Assembly: GCF_000014785.1 (NCBI RefSeq)
Contig: NC_008340.1
Coordinates: 2,010,001-2,042,000, forward strand
Direction: 5' to 3'
Source of the DNA: Alkalilimnicola ehrlichii MLHE-1
GTDB taxonomy: Bacteria; Pseudomonadota; Gammaproteobacteria; Nitrococcales; Halorhodospiraceae
DNA: 32,000 nucleotides
Positions 25,572 through 32,000 of this stretch are shown in pieces. The stretch's first letter is position 1; every line of letters starts with the position of its first letter. The position numbers were made by a program, and so were the translations under genes. The notes under the pieces are model-generated. The model ran no database searches. It was given only the letters and a program-made list of their open reading frames with translations, and was not told where the DNA came from.

Positions 25572-25681
25572 GCCAGTGCTACGCCTTCTTCCGTGTAGAT
25601 CGTGCCCTCGGCACTGGCAGGTGCCGGCAGCAGCAGGAGAGCAAGCAGCATTCCAGGGAGCAGTTTGAGCCGGGTGGCCAT
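25550..25681 (-). CDS. Candidate small secreted peptide (43 aa) overlapping the msrB start.
   Basis: ATG at 25681 with GAGG 7 nt upstream: MATRLKLLPGMLLALLLLPAPASA/EGTIYTEEGVALACSVVTF. There is no homology evidence. Confidence 0.35.
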   Translation of the reverse strand: MATRLKLLPGMLLALLLLPAPASAEGTIYTEEGVALACSVVTF

Positions 25682-25781
25682 GGTACACCTCTCGTTTCGC
25701 AGTAACGTGAAGCTTAAGGTGCACTCTAGCGCCCTTGTGCAAAGGGCGAATAAAGCCAATGTGAAGGGCTTGTAAAGGCAA

Positions 25782-26080
25782 TCAGGAAACGGGCAACTCG
25801 ATCCAGACACGCGTCCAGCCATCCTCGCTACGCGCACCAACCTGCCCGCCGTGCGCCTCGACCAATTCGCGAACAATCGCCAGCCCGATCCCGGCCCCTC
25901 CTGTCTGGCGGGAACGGGCACGTTCAACACGGTAGAAACGCTCGAAGATGTGAGGCAGATCCGCGGTCGGGATCGTCGCGCCGGTGTTGGCAACCTCGAT
26001 GCGCACCTGATCGCCGCCTCGATCACCGGTCGGGCCAACTCCAGCTCGCGGGCAACCAGAGCGACCAGGTCGACGTCGGC
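25782..26080 (-). pseudogene. Histidine kinase remnant (fragments of the catalytic region only).
   Basis: 25782-26006 encodes only the G1/G2-box end of a HATPase domain (RIEVANTGATIP..IFERFYRVE..GGAGIGLAIVRELVEAHGG). The upstream piece ADVDLVALVARELELARPVIEA is in another frame. No HisKA, sensor or TM parts are present. Confidence 0.75.
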
Positions 26081-26083
26081 CAC

Positions 26084-26578
26084 CAGCTTGCGCCGGAGCT
26101 TGCCAATGTGCACATCGATGACCCGGTCAATCACGTCGGGTTCGTCATCGTACCAGTGTGCGATCAGGGCCTCACGGGTCTGCACACGCCCGGGCGCGCT
26201 CATCAGGGCCTGCAGCAGCCGGAATTCGATCAGTGTCAGCTTGATCTCCTCTCCGTCACGGCTAACCCGGTAACGCTCCGGATCCAGCTCAAGCCCCCCG
26301 ACGCAAAGAGCCGCCGATGGCCCCTCCCTGGACCCGGCCTCGTAACGCCTGAGTATGGCCCGGACCCGCTCAACCAGCTCGCGCGGCGAGAACGGTTTGA
26401 CGACATAGTCATCGGCGCCAGCCGTAAACCCCGCCACCCGGTCGATCTCATCCTTTTGCGCCGAAAGAAAATGCGGCACCGGCAGGACCAGCACAGGCGG
26501 ACCTTCTTCCTTTGGATCCTCATTCCCCAAACAATAGCCGCACTTCCGAGCGACCTGCTGCGGAAAACTCTTCCGCAT
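26084..26578 (-). pseudogene. OmpR-family response regulator remnant (receiver N-terminal half missing).
   Basis: Intact-looking receiver end and winged helix (FLSAQKDEIDRVAGFTAGADDYVVKPFSPREL...LTLIEFRLLQAL...IDVHIGKLRRKL). Only about 35 non-receiver-like residues lie upstream, with no phospho-acceptor region. It runs directly into kinase fragments without a stop. Confidence 0.7.
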
Positions 26579-26647
26579 GCCTGCGCGCGTTGCGCTGCTA
26601 CACTCGAAGCCATCATTCCGGGTTATCGGCTCCTGACCGGGAGGCCC

Positions 26648-26690
26648 ATGCACATGCCGTTCACGTCGCGTTCCCCGTTGCGTTTCCTGT
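26648..26690 (+). pseudogene. Severed 5' end (about 14 codons) of the AsmA-family gene, separated from its body by the IS66 element.
   Basis: ATG CAC ATG CCG TTC ACG TCG CGT TCC CCG TTG CGT TTC CTG T (MHMPFTSRSPLRFL) joins in frame, after removing the IS and one TSD copy, to LYLAGVLVAVLV... at 29018. Confidence 0.7.
26683..26690. repeat. 8-bp target-site duplication (TTTCCTGT), left copy.
   Basis: Identical octamer immediately outside both IS66 inverted repeats. Confidence 0.9.
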
Positions 26691-26727
26691 GTAAGCGGTC
26701 CACCCCGCCCACCTACCGGCCTTAGTC

Positions 26728-28320
26728 TCAGGCCTGTATGGTCTTACCCCAGTTCCAGGGCAGCAGAGCGTGAACCGCCTGGTTGGTGTCCGCAGCCGGC
26801 AGGCGGGTGAGGACATCTTCCAGATACTCGTAGGGCTCCAGCCCGTTGGCCTTGGCCGTCTCTATCACGCTGTAGATCATCGCGCTGGCCGCCGCGCCCT
26901 GGGTGGTGTGACTGAATAGCCAGTTCTTTCGGCCCACCACGAAGGGTCGGATGGCGTTCTCCGCCGGATTGTTATCCAGCGGGATGCGCCCATCATCGAG
27001 AAAGCGGGTCAGCCGGGACCACTGGCCCTGAAGATAGCGCAGCGCTTTGCCGATGGCGGTCTTCGGCGGCACCTGGGTGATGGACTTCTCCAGCCAGCGC
27101 TGGAGTTTGTCGATCAGCGGCCGGCTCTGGCGCTGACGCAGCACCAGACGAGCCTCCGGGTCCAGGGTTTTGCCTTCGCGCTCGACGCGGTAAAGCTTGC
27201 CGATCAGGCTCAGCGCCCAGTCGGCCTTGCCGGTCTTGCCCTTGGGCTGGACCTTCTGGGCCTCGACAAACTTCCGCCGGGCATGCGCCCAGCAGCCGGC
27301 ATGGGTGATGCCATTCTCCCGCACCACCTGGGCATAGCCCTCGTAGCCGTCGGTGACCAGCACGCCGGCATAGTCGCCGAGCAGGCGCTGGGGGACCCGG
27401 CCGGAGCGGCTGGTGTCGTAGTCGTAGCGCACCACCTGCTCACCGGGCGGGCCACCGCGCTGGACCCACATGTAGGAGGTGCTGGAGGCCGTTCGCCCCG
27501 GCTCGGTGTTCACCTGGACCGTGGTCTCATCCATGTGGATGAGCGGCTGGGCCAGTAGATGGTCCTGCAGGGCCTGCCCCAGCGGGGTGAGCAGCTCGCC
27601 GATGCCCACCATCCAGCGCGCCAGGGTGTTACGCGGCAGCGGGATGCCCTTGCGCTCGAAGCCCTTGGCCTGGCGGTAGAGCGGCAGGCCGAATTCGTAC
27701 TTGGCGGTGGCGATGTAGGCCAGCAATCCGGGGCTGGCCATGCTCCGGGGCAGCGGTTGCGGCGGCATGCTTGCGGTGTGCACGCCTTCTTCGCAGCATC
27801 TGCAGGCGTACTTGCGCCGGATGTGGCGGCGGACCTGCACCCGGGCGGGGATGACATCCAGTTGCTCGGTGACCTCTTCACCGATGCAGGTCAGCTCGCT
27901 GCCGTCATGCGGGCAGTAGCGCTGTGCCTCGGGGATATCGTGCACCACCTCGACCCGCGGCAGTTCCGCGGGCAGCCGCACGCGGCCGCCACGGTTCCGG
28001 CGCTTGGCCGGCACGCTCGGGGCCGTCTCGCCGGCTTGAGCGGCCTCTGCCTCCGGTTCGGTGACCGGTGCATCGGCATACTGCTCGGCCTCGTCGAACT
28101 GCAGTTGCTGCTGATCGACGTGGTAGCGTTCGGTGGAGGGGCCGAAGCGGCTGTCGAGCAGCAGCCGGATCTGCTCGAACATGGAGCGCTCGCGGGCAGC
28201 CCAGTGGGCCTCCTTGGTGGCCAACAGGGCGTCTGTTTCGGCGAGCTTTTTCTCCAGCTCAGCGACCTGCCGCTGTAGGCGGGAGACATCCCTATATGGT
28301 TGAATGGCCGCTGATTTCAT
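26728..28320 (-). CDS. tnpC: IS66-family transposase (TnpC).
   Basis: 530 aa with an N-terminal coiled coil (LQRQVAELEKKLAE), a CxxC zinc-finger region and an IS66 DDE core (HMDETTVQV...TDGYEGY...CWAHARRKF). Confidence 0.95.
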   Translation of the reverse strand: MKSAAIQPYRDVSRLQRQVAELEKKLAETDALLATKEAHWAARERSMFEQIRLLLDSRFGPSTERYHVDQQQLQFDEAEQYADAPVTEPEAEAAQAGETAPSVPAKRRNRGGRVRLPAELPRVEVVHDIPEAQRYCPHDGSELTCIGEEVTEQLDVIPARVQVRRHIRRKYACRCCEEGVHTASMPPQPLPRSMASPGLLAYIATAKYEFGLPLYRQAKGFERKGIPLPRNTLARWMVGIGELLTPLGQALQDHLLAQPLIHMDETTVQVNTEPGRTASSTSYMWVQRGGPPGEQVVRYDYDTSRSGRVPQRLLGDYAGVLVTDGYEGYAQVVRENGITHAGCWAHARRKFVEAQKVQPKGKTGKADWALSLIGKLYRVEREGKTLDPEARLVLRQRQSRPLIDKLQRWLEKSITQVPPKTAIGKALRYLQGQWSRLTRFLDDGRIPLDNNPAENAIRPFVVGRKNWLFSHTTQGAAASAMIYSVIETAKANGLEPYEYLEDVLTRLPAADTNQAVHALLPWNWGKTIQA

Positions 28321-28364
28321 GGACCGATTATAGCAGAATCAGGCCCCCTCCAAAAGCAAAAAGA

Positions 28365-28721
28365 TCAACCAACGGCCTGATAATGCAACGCTTTATGGGG
28401 GCGCATCAGCGCGATGTCGTACCCATCCAGCAGCCAGTTCAGTTCCTGCCCGGAAAGGGTCAGGGTGTCGCCCTGCAGCCGAGCCGGCCACTTGAACCGC
28501 TCCTGCTCCAGGCGCTTGTACCAGAGCACGAAGCCATTGCGCTCCCAGGCGAGGATTTTGACCTTGTCGCGCTGGCGGTTGCAGAAGACGAACACCGCCT
28601 GCTCGAATGGATTGAGCGCCATCGCCTCCTGGACGAGCAGGGAAAGGCCATCGATGGATTTGCGCATATCCACCGGCTCGCGACAGAGATAGACATTGAC
28701 CTGGGTATCGGGCCGGATCAT
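28365..28721 (-). CDS. tnpB: IS66 Orf2-like accessory protein (TnpB).
   Basis: MIRPDTQVNVYLCREPVDMRKSIDGLSLLVQE...FVFCNRQRDKVKILAWERNGFVLWYKRLE. The ATG overlaps the tnpA stop (ATGA). Confidence 0.93.
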   Translation of the reverse strand: MIRPDTQVNVYLCREPVDMRKSIDGLSLLVQEAMALNPFEQAVFVFCNRQRDKVKILAWERNGFVLWYKRLEQERFKWPARLQGDTLTLSGQELNWLLDGYDIALMRPHKALHYQAVG

Positions 28722-28924
28722 GGCTGCACCGCCACGGCCACAAACCGGGCCGGCCGGTGGCGCTGCGGCACCGCAATGCCGAGCGCTGCCAGGTGACGCT
28801 CCCAGCCCAAAAGCTCGGCGAGGCTCAAATCCTGCGCCTGGGCATAATCGCTCAGCGACAGGCCGCAAGCGTGCGCGTGATGCAGATACCCCAACCAACG
28901 GGCGCGCGCTGGTGACAACCACAT
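28718..28924 (-). CDS. tnpA: IS66 accessory protein TnpA (short, 68 aa).
   Basis: First ORF inside the IS, 86 nt from the IR, translationally coupled to tnpB. Shorter than many IS66 orf1 products. Confidence 0.7.
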   Translation of the reverse strand: MWLSPARARWLGYLHHAHACGLSLSDYAQAQDLSLAELLGWERHLAALGIAVPQRHRPARFVAVAVQP

Positions 28925-29010
28925 GGAACTGACCTCCTCATCTGGATTCGATGGGAGCAGTTTCCCGAATCAGCTCCGGGCGCAACAGATGGGGTTTGTG
29001 GATCGCTTAC

Positions 29011-29018
29011 TTTCCTGT
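29011..29018. repeat. 8-bp target-site duplication (TTTCCTGT), right copy.
   Basis: Identical to 26683-26690. Confidence 0.9.
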
Positions 29019-30430
29019 TGTATCTAGCCGGGGTGCTGGTGGCGGTGCTGGTGCTGGCTGGGGTCGCGCTGGCACTGCTGTGGCCGGGGGAGCGGCTGGG
29101 CGAGCAGATAGCCGGCGAGATGGAGGCGCAGCTGGGGGTGCCGGTGAGCATCGAGGGCGATGCCACGCTGCGTCTATGGCCGGGGCCGGCCGTGCGCGTG
29201 AGCGACGTTTTGCTCGGGCCGGAACCCGACGCGGATCCGGTGGGGCATCTGGCAGCGGCGCGCCTGTCAGTGCGCTGGCTGCCGTTGCTGCGTGGCCGTC
29301 TGGAGCCGGGCACGTTGCTGCTGGATACCCCGGTGCTGAATCTGGAGCGGGATGCGGCCGGCGCGCTGAACGTCGATTGGCGGCAGGCGGAAGACGCCGA
29401 CGGCCGCGCGCTGGCTCTCGACCTGCGCATCCGTGGAGGCGAATTGCACTGGCGTGACGAGGGCCAGGACCAGACGGTGACGGTCCGCGGCCTTGAGGTG
29501 GATGCGCCTGCAACGGAATGGCGGGTGGCGGCGGATGATGCGCAACCGCTGACGCGGCTGGCCCTGGGAGCCAATGTGTCGGCGGAGCGCGTCGAGGTGG
29601 GCGTGCTGGGGTTTGACGACGTGGCCTTCGGACTGAGCGCGCGCGACGGCGTCATCCGCACCGAGGACTGGGAGATGACCCTGTTCGGCAGCCGCGGCAC
29701 CGGCGAGGCCGAGGCGGATTTCACCGAGGCGCCGCCGCACTGGGTGCTGAACGTGGCGTTCGGTGATCTGCAGCTGGAGTCCTTCCCGGAGGCTTGGTTG
29801 CCAGCCGGGGCCGCTTCCGGCAGTGCGGAGCTGACCGCGTCCTTGACCAGCCAGGGCGAGGACGCGCAGGCGCTGCTGCGCCACCTGCATGGCGAGGTGG
29901 TGCTGAGCGGACACGATCTGCTCATCCGCGGGGTGGATCTGGACGAGGAACTGGCGGCCTACGAGCGGACCCAGCGCTTCAGCCTGGTGGATGCGGCAGC
30001 GGTGGTGCTGGTCGGTCCGGGGTGGCTGGCGGCCACCAAGGGCACCGACTTCGCACGGCTGGCGGGGCGTGCCAACGGCGAGACCGAGATCGTGCAGCTG
30101 CTTTCGGCCTGGCAGATAGAGAATGGCGTGGCGCACTCACGGGACGTGGCATTGGCCACGCCCCGCAACCGCCTGGCCGCGCAGGCCGCACTGGAACTGC
30201 CCGAGCGCCGGATCCGCGAGGCCGAGGTGGCCGTGGTCGATGGCGACGGCTGTGCGCTGATGCGCCAGGAGGTGCATGGCAGCTTCGATGCGCCGGAGAT
30301 CGAGGAGCCGCACTTCCTGGAGGTGCTGCTCGGCGCCCCGCTGGACCTGCTGAAACGCGGGCTGGATGCCCTATCCATCAGCCCGGAGGACTGCGAGGTC
30401 TTCTACGAAGGCGACGTTGCCGCGCCATGA
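29018..30430 (+). CDS. AsmA-family protein, 5' end interrupted by IS66 (the remaining ORF starts at a TTG without an SD).
   Basis: N-terminal TM anchor followed by an AsmA-like start (IAGEMEAQLGVPVSIEGDATLRLWPGPAVRVSDVLLG...LSVRWLPLLRGRLEPGTLLLDTPVLNLERDAAG). 470 aa. Confidence 0.8.
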   Translation: MYLAGVLVAVLVLAGVALALLWPGERLGEQIAGEMEAQLGVPVSIEGDATLRLWPGPAVRVSDVLLGPEPDADPVGHLAAARLSVRWLPLLRGRLEPGTLLLDTPVLNLERDAAGALNVDWRQAEDADGRALALDLRIRGGELHWRDEGQDQTVTVRGLEVDAPATEWRVAADDAQPLTRLALGANVSAERVEVGVLGFDDVAFGLSARDGVIRTEDWEMTLFGSRGTGEAEADFTEAPPHWVLNVAFGDLQLESFPEAWLPAGAASGSAELTASLTSQGEDAQALLRHLHGEVVLSGHDLLIRGVDLDEELAAYERTQRFSLVDAAAVVLVGPGWLAATKGTDFARLAGRANGETEIVQLLSAWQIENGVAHSRDVALATPRNRLAAQAALELPERRIREAEVAVVDGDGCALMRQEVHGSFDAPEIEEPHFLEVLLGAPLDLLKRGLDALSISPEDCEVFYEGDVAAP

Positions 30431-30447
30431 GCGCGGCTGGTTATGCA

Positions 30448-30711
30448 TTATTCGTAGTGGCTCCAGAGCCTCAGAACTTTTACCACCCGATCTTCTTCCA
30501 ATACTTGGTAGACCAGACGATGCTGAATATTGATGCGGCGCGAATAGGCCCCCGCGAGATCCCCAATGAGTTTCTCGAACGGAGGCGGCTTGCGGTAAGG
30601 GTCCTCTGAAATCAGCGCCAACAATTCCTGGGCTTTTGGTTTGAGGCCGCTAGAGGCCAGTTTCTTTGCATCTTTCTGGGCTTGCTTGGTGTAAACCAAC
30701 TTCCATGTCAC
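30448..30711 (-). CDS. yoeB: Txe/YoeB-family toxin (mRNA interferase).
   Basis: 87 aa: WKLVYTKQAQKDAKKL...PPFEKLIGDLAGAYSRRINIQHRLVYQV...VKVLRLWSHYE. The GTG start overlaps the antitoxin stop by 4 nt. Confidence 0.92.
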   Translation of the reverse strand: MTWKLVYTKQAQKDAKKLASSGLKPKAQELLALISEDPYRKPPPFEKLIGDLAGAYSRRINIQHRLVYQVLEEDRVVKVLRLWSHYE

Positions 30712-30950
30712 CAGTCCATCTCCTCATCGCATTCGTCCACAGGGGTATCCATCCCCTCACGAATAGACTCCCTCATGCCCGGTACGGAGAGCAGATAAAG
30801 TGTTTCCTGAATCGCAGACCAGTCTTCCTCGGAAACCAAGACGGCTTTGTTCCGCTTACCCGTGATGACGATTGGTTGGTGGGACTCGGCGGTCTCGTCA
30901 ATCAACCGATAAAGGTTGCTGCGCGCCTCAGTTGCTGTGATTCCGGTCAT
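30708..30950 (-). CDS. yefM: Phd/YefM-family antitoxin.
   Basis: 80 aa: ITATEARSNLYRLIDETAESHQPIVITGKRNKAVLVSEEDWSAIQETLYLLS. AAGAGG SD. Confidence 0.92.
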   Translation of the reverse strand: MTGITATEARSNLYRLIDETAESHQPIVITGKRNKAVLVSEEDWSAIQETLYLLSVPGMRESIREGMDTPVDECDEEMDW

Positions 30951-30985
30951 GACGCACCTCTTGCGTGTTCAACTTTTCACCAAGT

Positions 30986-31021
30986 GTACGCCTTTGGGTA
31001 CGTACGTCAAGACGAACGTAC
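30986..31021 (-). promoter_or_regulatory. Candidate yefM-yoeB operator: four GTAC cores (TGTACG, GGTACGTACG, CGTAC).
   Basis: GTAC at 30986, 30998, 31002 and 31018, about 35-70 nt upstream of the yefM ATG. YefM-YoeB operators in E. coli are built on GTAC-core palindromes. Confidence 0.35.
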
Positions 31022-31237
31022 TGCATAACGCCCGGCCCCCAGCAGGTCAACCAGATCGGTGTGGCCACGGCCCCGCTGCACGTCCGGCACCCAGTGCAGG
31101 TAGCGCATGGTCGAGTGCAGATCCTTATGCCCCTTGCCTTGCTCGATGCGAAGCTGAGAGCGCTCGCCGTCAATGTCCGTGACCCGCACCGCGACCAGCT
31201 CACTGACCCGTAACCCCTTCGCTCTAACGCCAGCCAT
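31007..31237 (-). pseudogene. Tyrosine recombinase/integrase remnant (N-terminally truncated and internally deleted).
   Basis: The 76-aa ORF GLRVSELVAVRVTDIDGERSQLRIEQGKGHKD (box I region) joins directly to LHSTMRYLHW (the box II end with catalytic Tyr). The intervening ~120 aa and the N-terminal domain are absent. Confidence 0.7.
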
Positions 31238-31303
31238 CAGTTGCGCGACGCAAGGAGCGTCAACTGCATGGCATTGTTATACGCTTTCTGCACCCCAAAA
31301 CGC

Positions 31304-32000
31304 CTATCCGCCGCCGGTGCGCTTTTCCTCACGCACTCGCTTAAAAATCTCCTCGGCAAGGTGCTCATGGGCTGCTGAACGAAACTCCTTGTCGGTCATC
31401 ACACGCGAAAATATGTCTTCGTTGTTTTCCATTCGGTCAATGAACAGTTCATCCAGCATTCGCTCCAGAAATGCGGAGAAGTTTGGCAGGTTGTTTGCCC
31501 TTGCCGCTTCAACGATTTTTTCATTTTCCTCGGCGCTCGCGGTGATCTGATCAAAGAACAGTTGGTCGGCTTCGGTAAAGTCTGTGCCAAAACGTTCGTT
31601 TAGCTTTTCGACCAGTGATGATAGCGGCACGGCTTCCTCCTTCACGCCACTAGTGCCGACATCGGTGGGCCCTTTCAGAGGGTAGGCCTCGCCCGTGCCC
31701 AGGTCGATGGAGCCCTCCGTCATTTGTTGCAGGCGGAAATAGCGCAAGGCCACTTCGTCGTCGAGTGCGAAGGCCTGACCATCGCCAGGAGGGGGAAGCT
31801 TGGAAAGTAAGTTGCGGACGAAGGCGTAAAATTTTTCCAGTTCGCTGTCCTGATACGGAATGATCTGAGATAGAAAAGCGTAGAGATTACGGTAGGCGGT
31901 CAACTGGCCGCGAAACTCTTCTTGCTCCGCTTCCTCCCTGTCACTGAAGCGCGCAACCACCGCATCTAACACTGCATTCATTACCCGGTGGTCGGAAGCA
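31304..32000 (-). CDS. hsdR: Type I restriction enzyme R subunit, C-terminal part (partial; continues beyond the right edge).
   Basis: The frame stays open to position 32000. FRGQLTAYRNLYAFLSQIIPYQDSELEKFYAFVRNLLSKLP...LSSLVEKLNERFGTDFTEADQLFF is typical of the HsdR C-terminal domain. Lower GC than the bulk of the window. Confidence 0.8.
   Translation of the reverse strand, partial: ASDHRVMNAVLDAVVARFSDREEAEQEEFRGQLTAYRNLYAFLSQIIPYQDSELEKFYAFVRNLLSKLPPPGDGQAFALDDEVALRYFRLQQMTEGSIDLGTGEAYPLKGPTDVGTSGVKEEAVPLSSLVEKLNERFGTDFTEADQLFFDQITASAEENEKIVEAARANNLPNFSAFLERMLDELFIDRMENNEDIFSRVMTDKEFRSAAHEHLAEEIFKRVREEKRTGGG

Larger units (their letters stand above)
26691..29010 (-). mobile_element. IS66-family insertion sequence (2320 bp) with tnpA-tnpB-tnpC.
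   Basis: Termini GTAAGCGGTCCACCCCGCCCACCT (26691 onward) and reverse-complement GTAAGCGATCCACAAACCCCATCT (29010 backward) match at 18/24 positions. They are flanked by a perfect 8-bp TSD. Three ORFs are in the canonical IS66 order. Confidence 0.95.

Noticed and set aside
25550-26653. 367-aa minus-strand ORF treated as one gene.
   Set aside because: It is a chimera: a response-regulator remnant reads through a kinase fragment and non-coding spacer into a small signal-peptide ORF. I split it into pseudogene pieces plus a candidate small ORF.
26108-26725. 205-aa plus-strand ORF.
   Set aside because: It is mostly antisense to the response-regulator remnant. Only its last codons from 26648 are meaningful, as the severed 5' end of the AsmA-family gene running into the IS66 terminus.
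28852-29925. 357-aa minus-strand ORF.
   Set aside because: It is antisense to the AsmA-family gene and crosses the IS66 inverted repeat. Its S/R/P/A-rich composition indicates it is not coding.
30448-31237. Integron interpretation (IntI-like C-terminal motif next to a TA cassette).
   Set aside because: The recombinase remnant is co-directional with and upstream of the TA pair rather than divergent from a cassette array. No attC-like imperfect palindromes were seen flanking the TA genes.

Overview
High-GC, gene-dense bacterial chromosome (proteobacterial style). Most ORFs in the six-frame track are antisense or alternate-frame artefacts; I call about 35 real genes. Left edge (1-4144, minus strand): the start of a phage-tail-like contractile injection operon, consisting of sheath, gp19-like tube, two uncharacterised proteins and the first codons of a DUF4255-like protein. 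It sits behind an AT-rich promoter region, and a 27/28-bp G-rich tandem repeat lies further upstream. 4.6-10.3 kb: membrane and lipolytic/lytic genes (UbiA/MenA-like prenyltransferase, TauE, patatin, PG-binding M15 peptidase, a tandem double alpha/beta-hydrolase). 10.3-22.7 kb: mostly housekeeping or ordinary genes (rnk, two secreted unknowns, DUF547, patatin-GntP operon, DUF3185, avtA, ClC-CBS channel, orphan solute-binding protein, fatty-acid desaturase, GNAT). 22.8-26.6 kb: a metal/redox stress patch (SmtB-type ArsR regulator plus a duplicated His-rich protein, GFA, DUF302, Tat-signal MsrB fused to a vestigial MsrA, and a decayed two-component system). 26.7-29.0 kb: a complete IS66-family element (tnpA/tnpB/tnpC, imperfect inverted repeats, perfect 8-bp target duplication) inserted into codon ~14 of an AsmA-family gene. 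Right end: YefM-YoeB toxin-antitoxin pair, a tyrosine-recombinase remnant and the 3' end of a type I restriction hsdR gene running off the window. I see no rRNA, tRNA or CRISPR array. I cannot demonstrate a wholly new multi-gene system from sequence alone. The best leads are the uncharacterised components and upstream repeat of the contractile injection locus, the neighbouring lytic/lipolytic genes, the ArsR/His-rich pair, and a run of internally deleted genes around the IS66 element.
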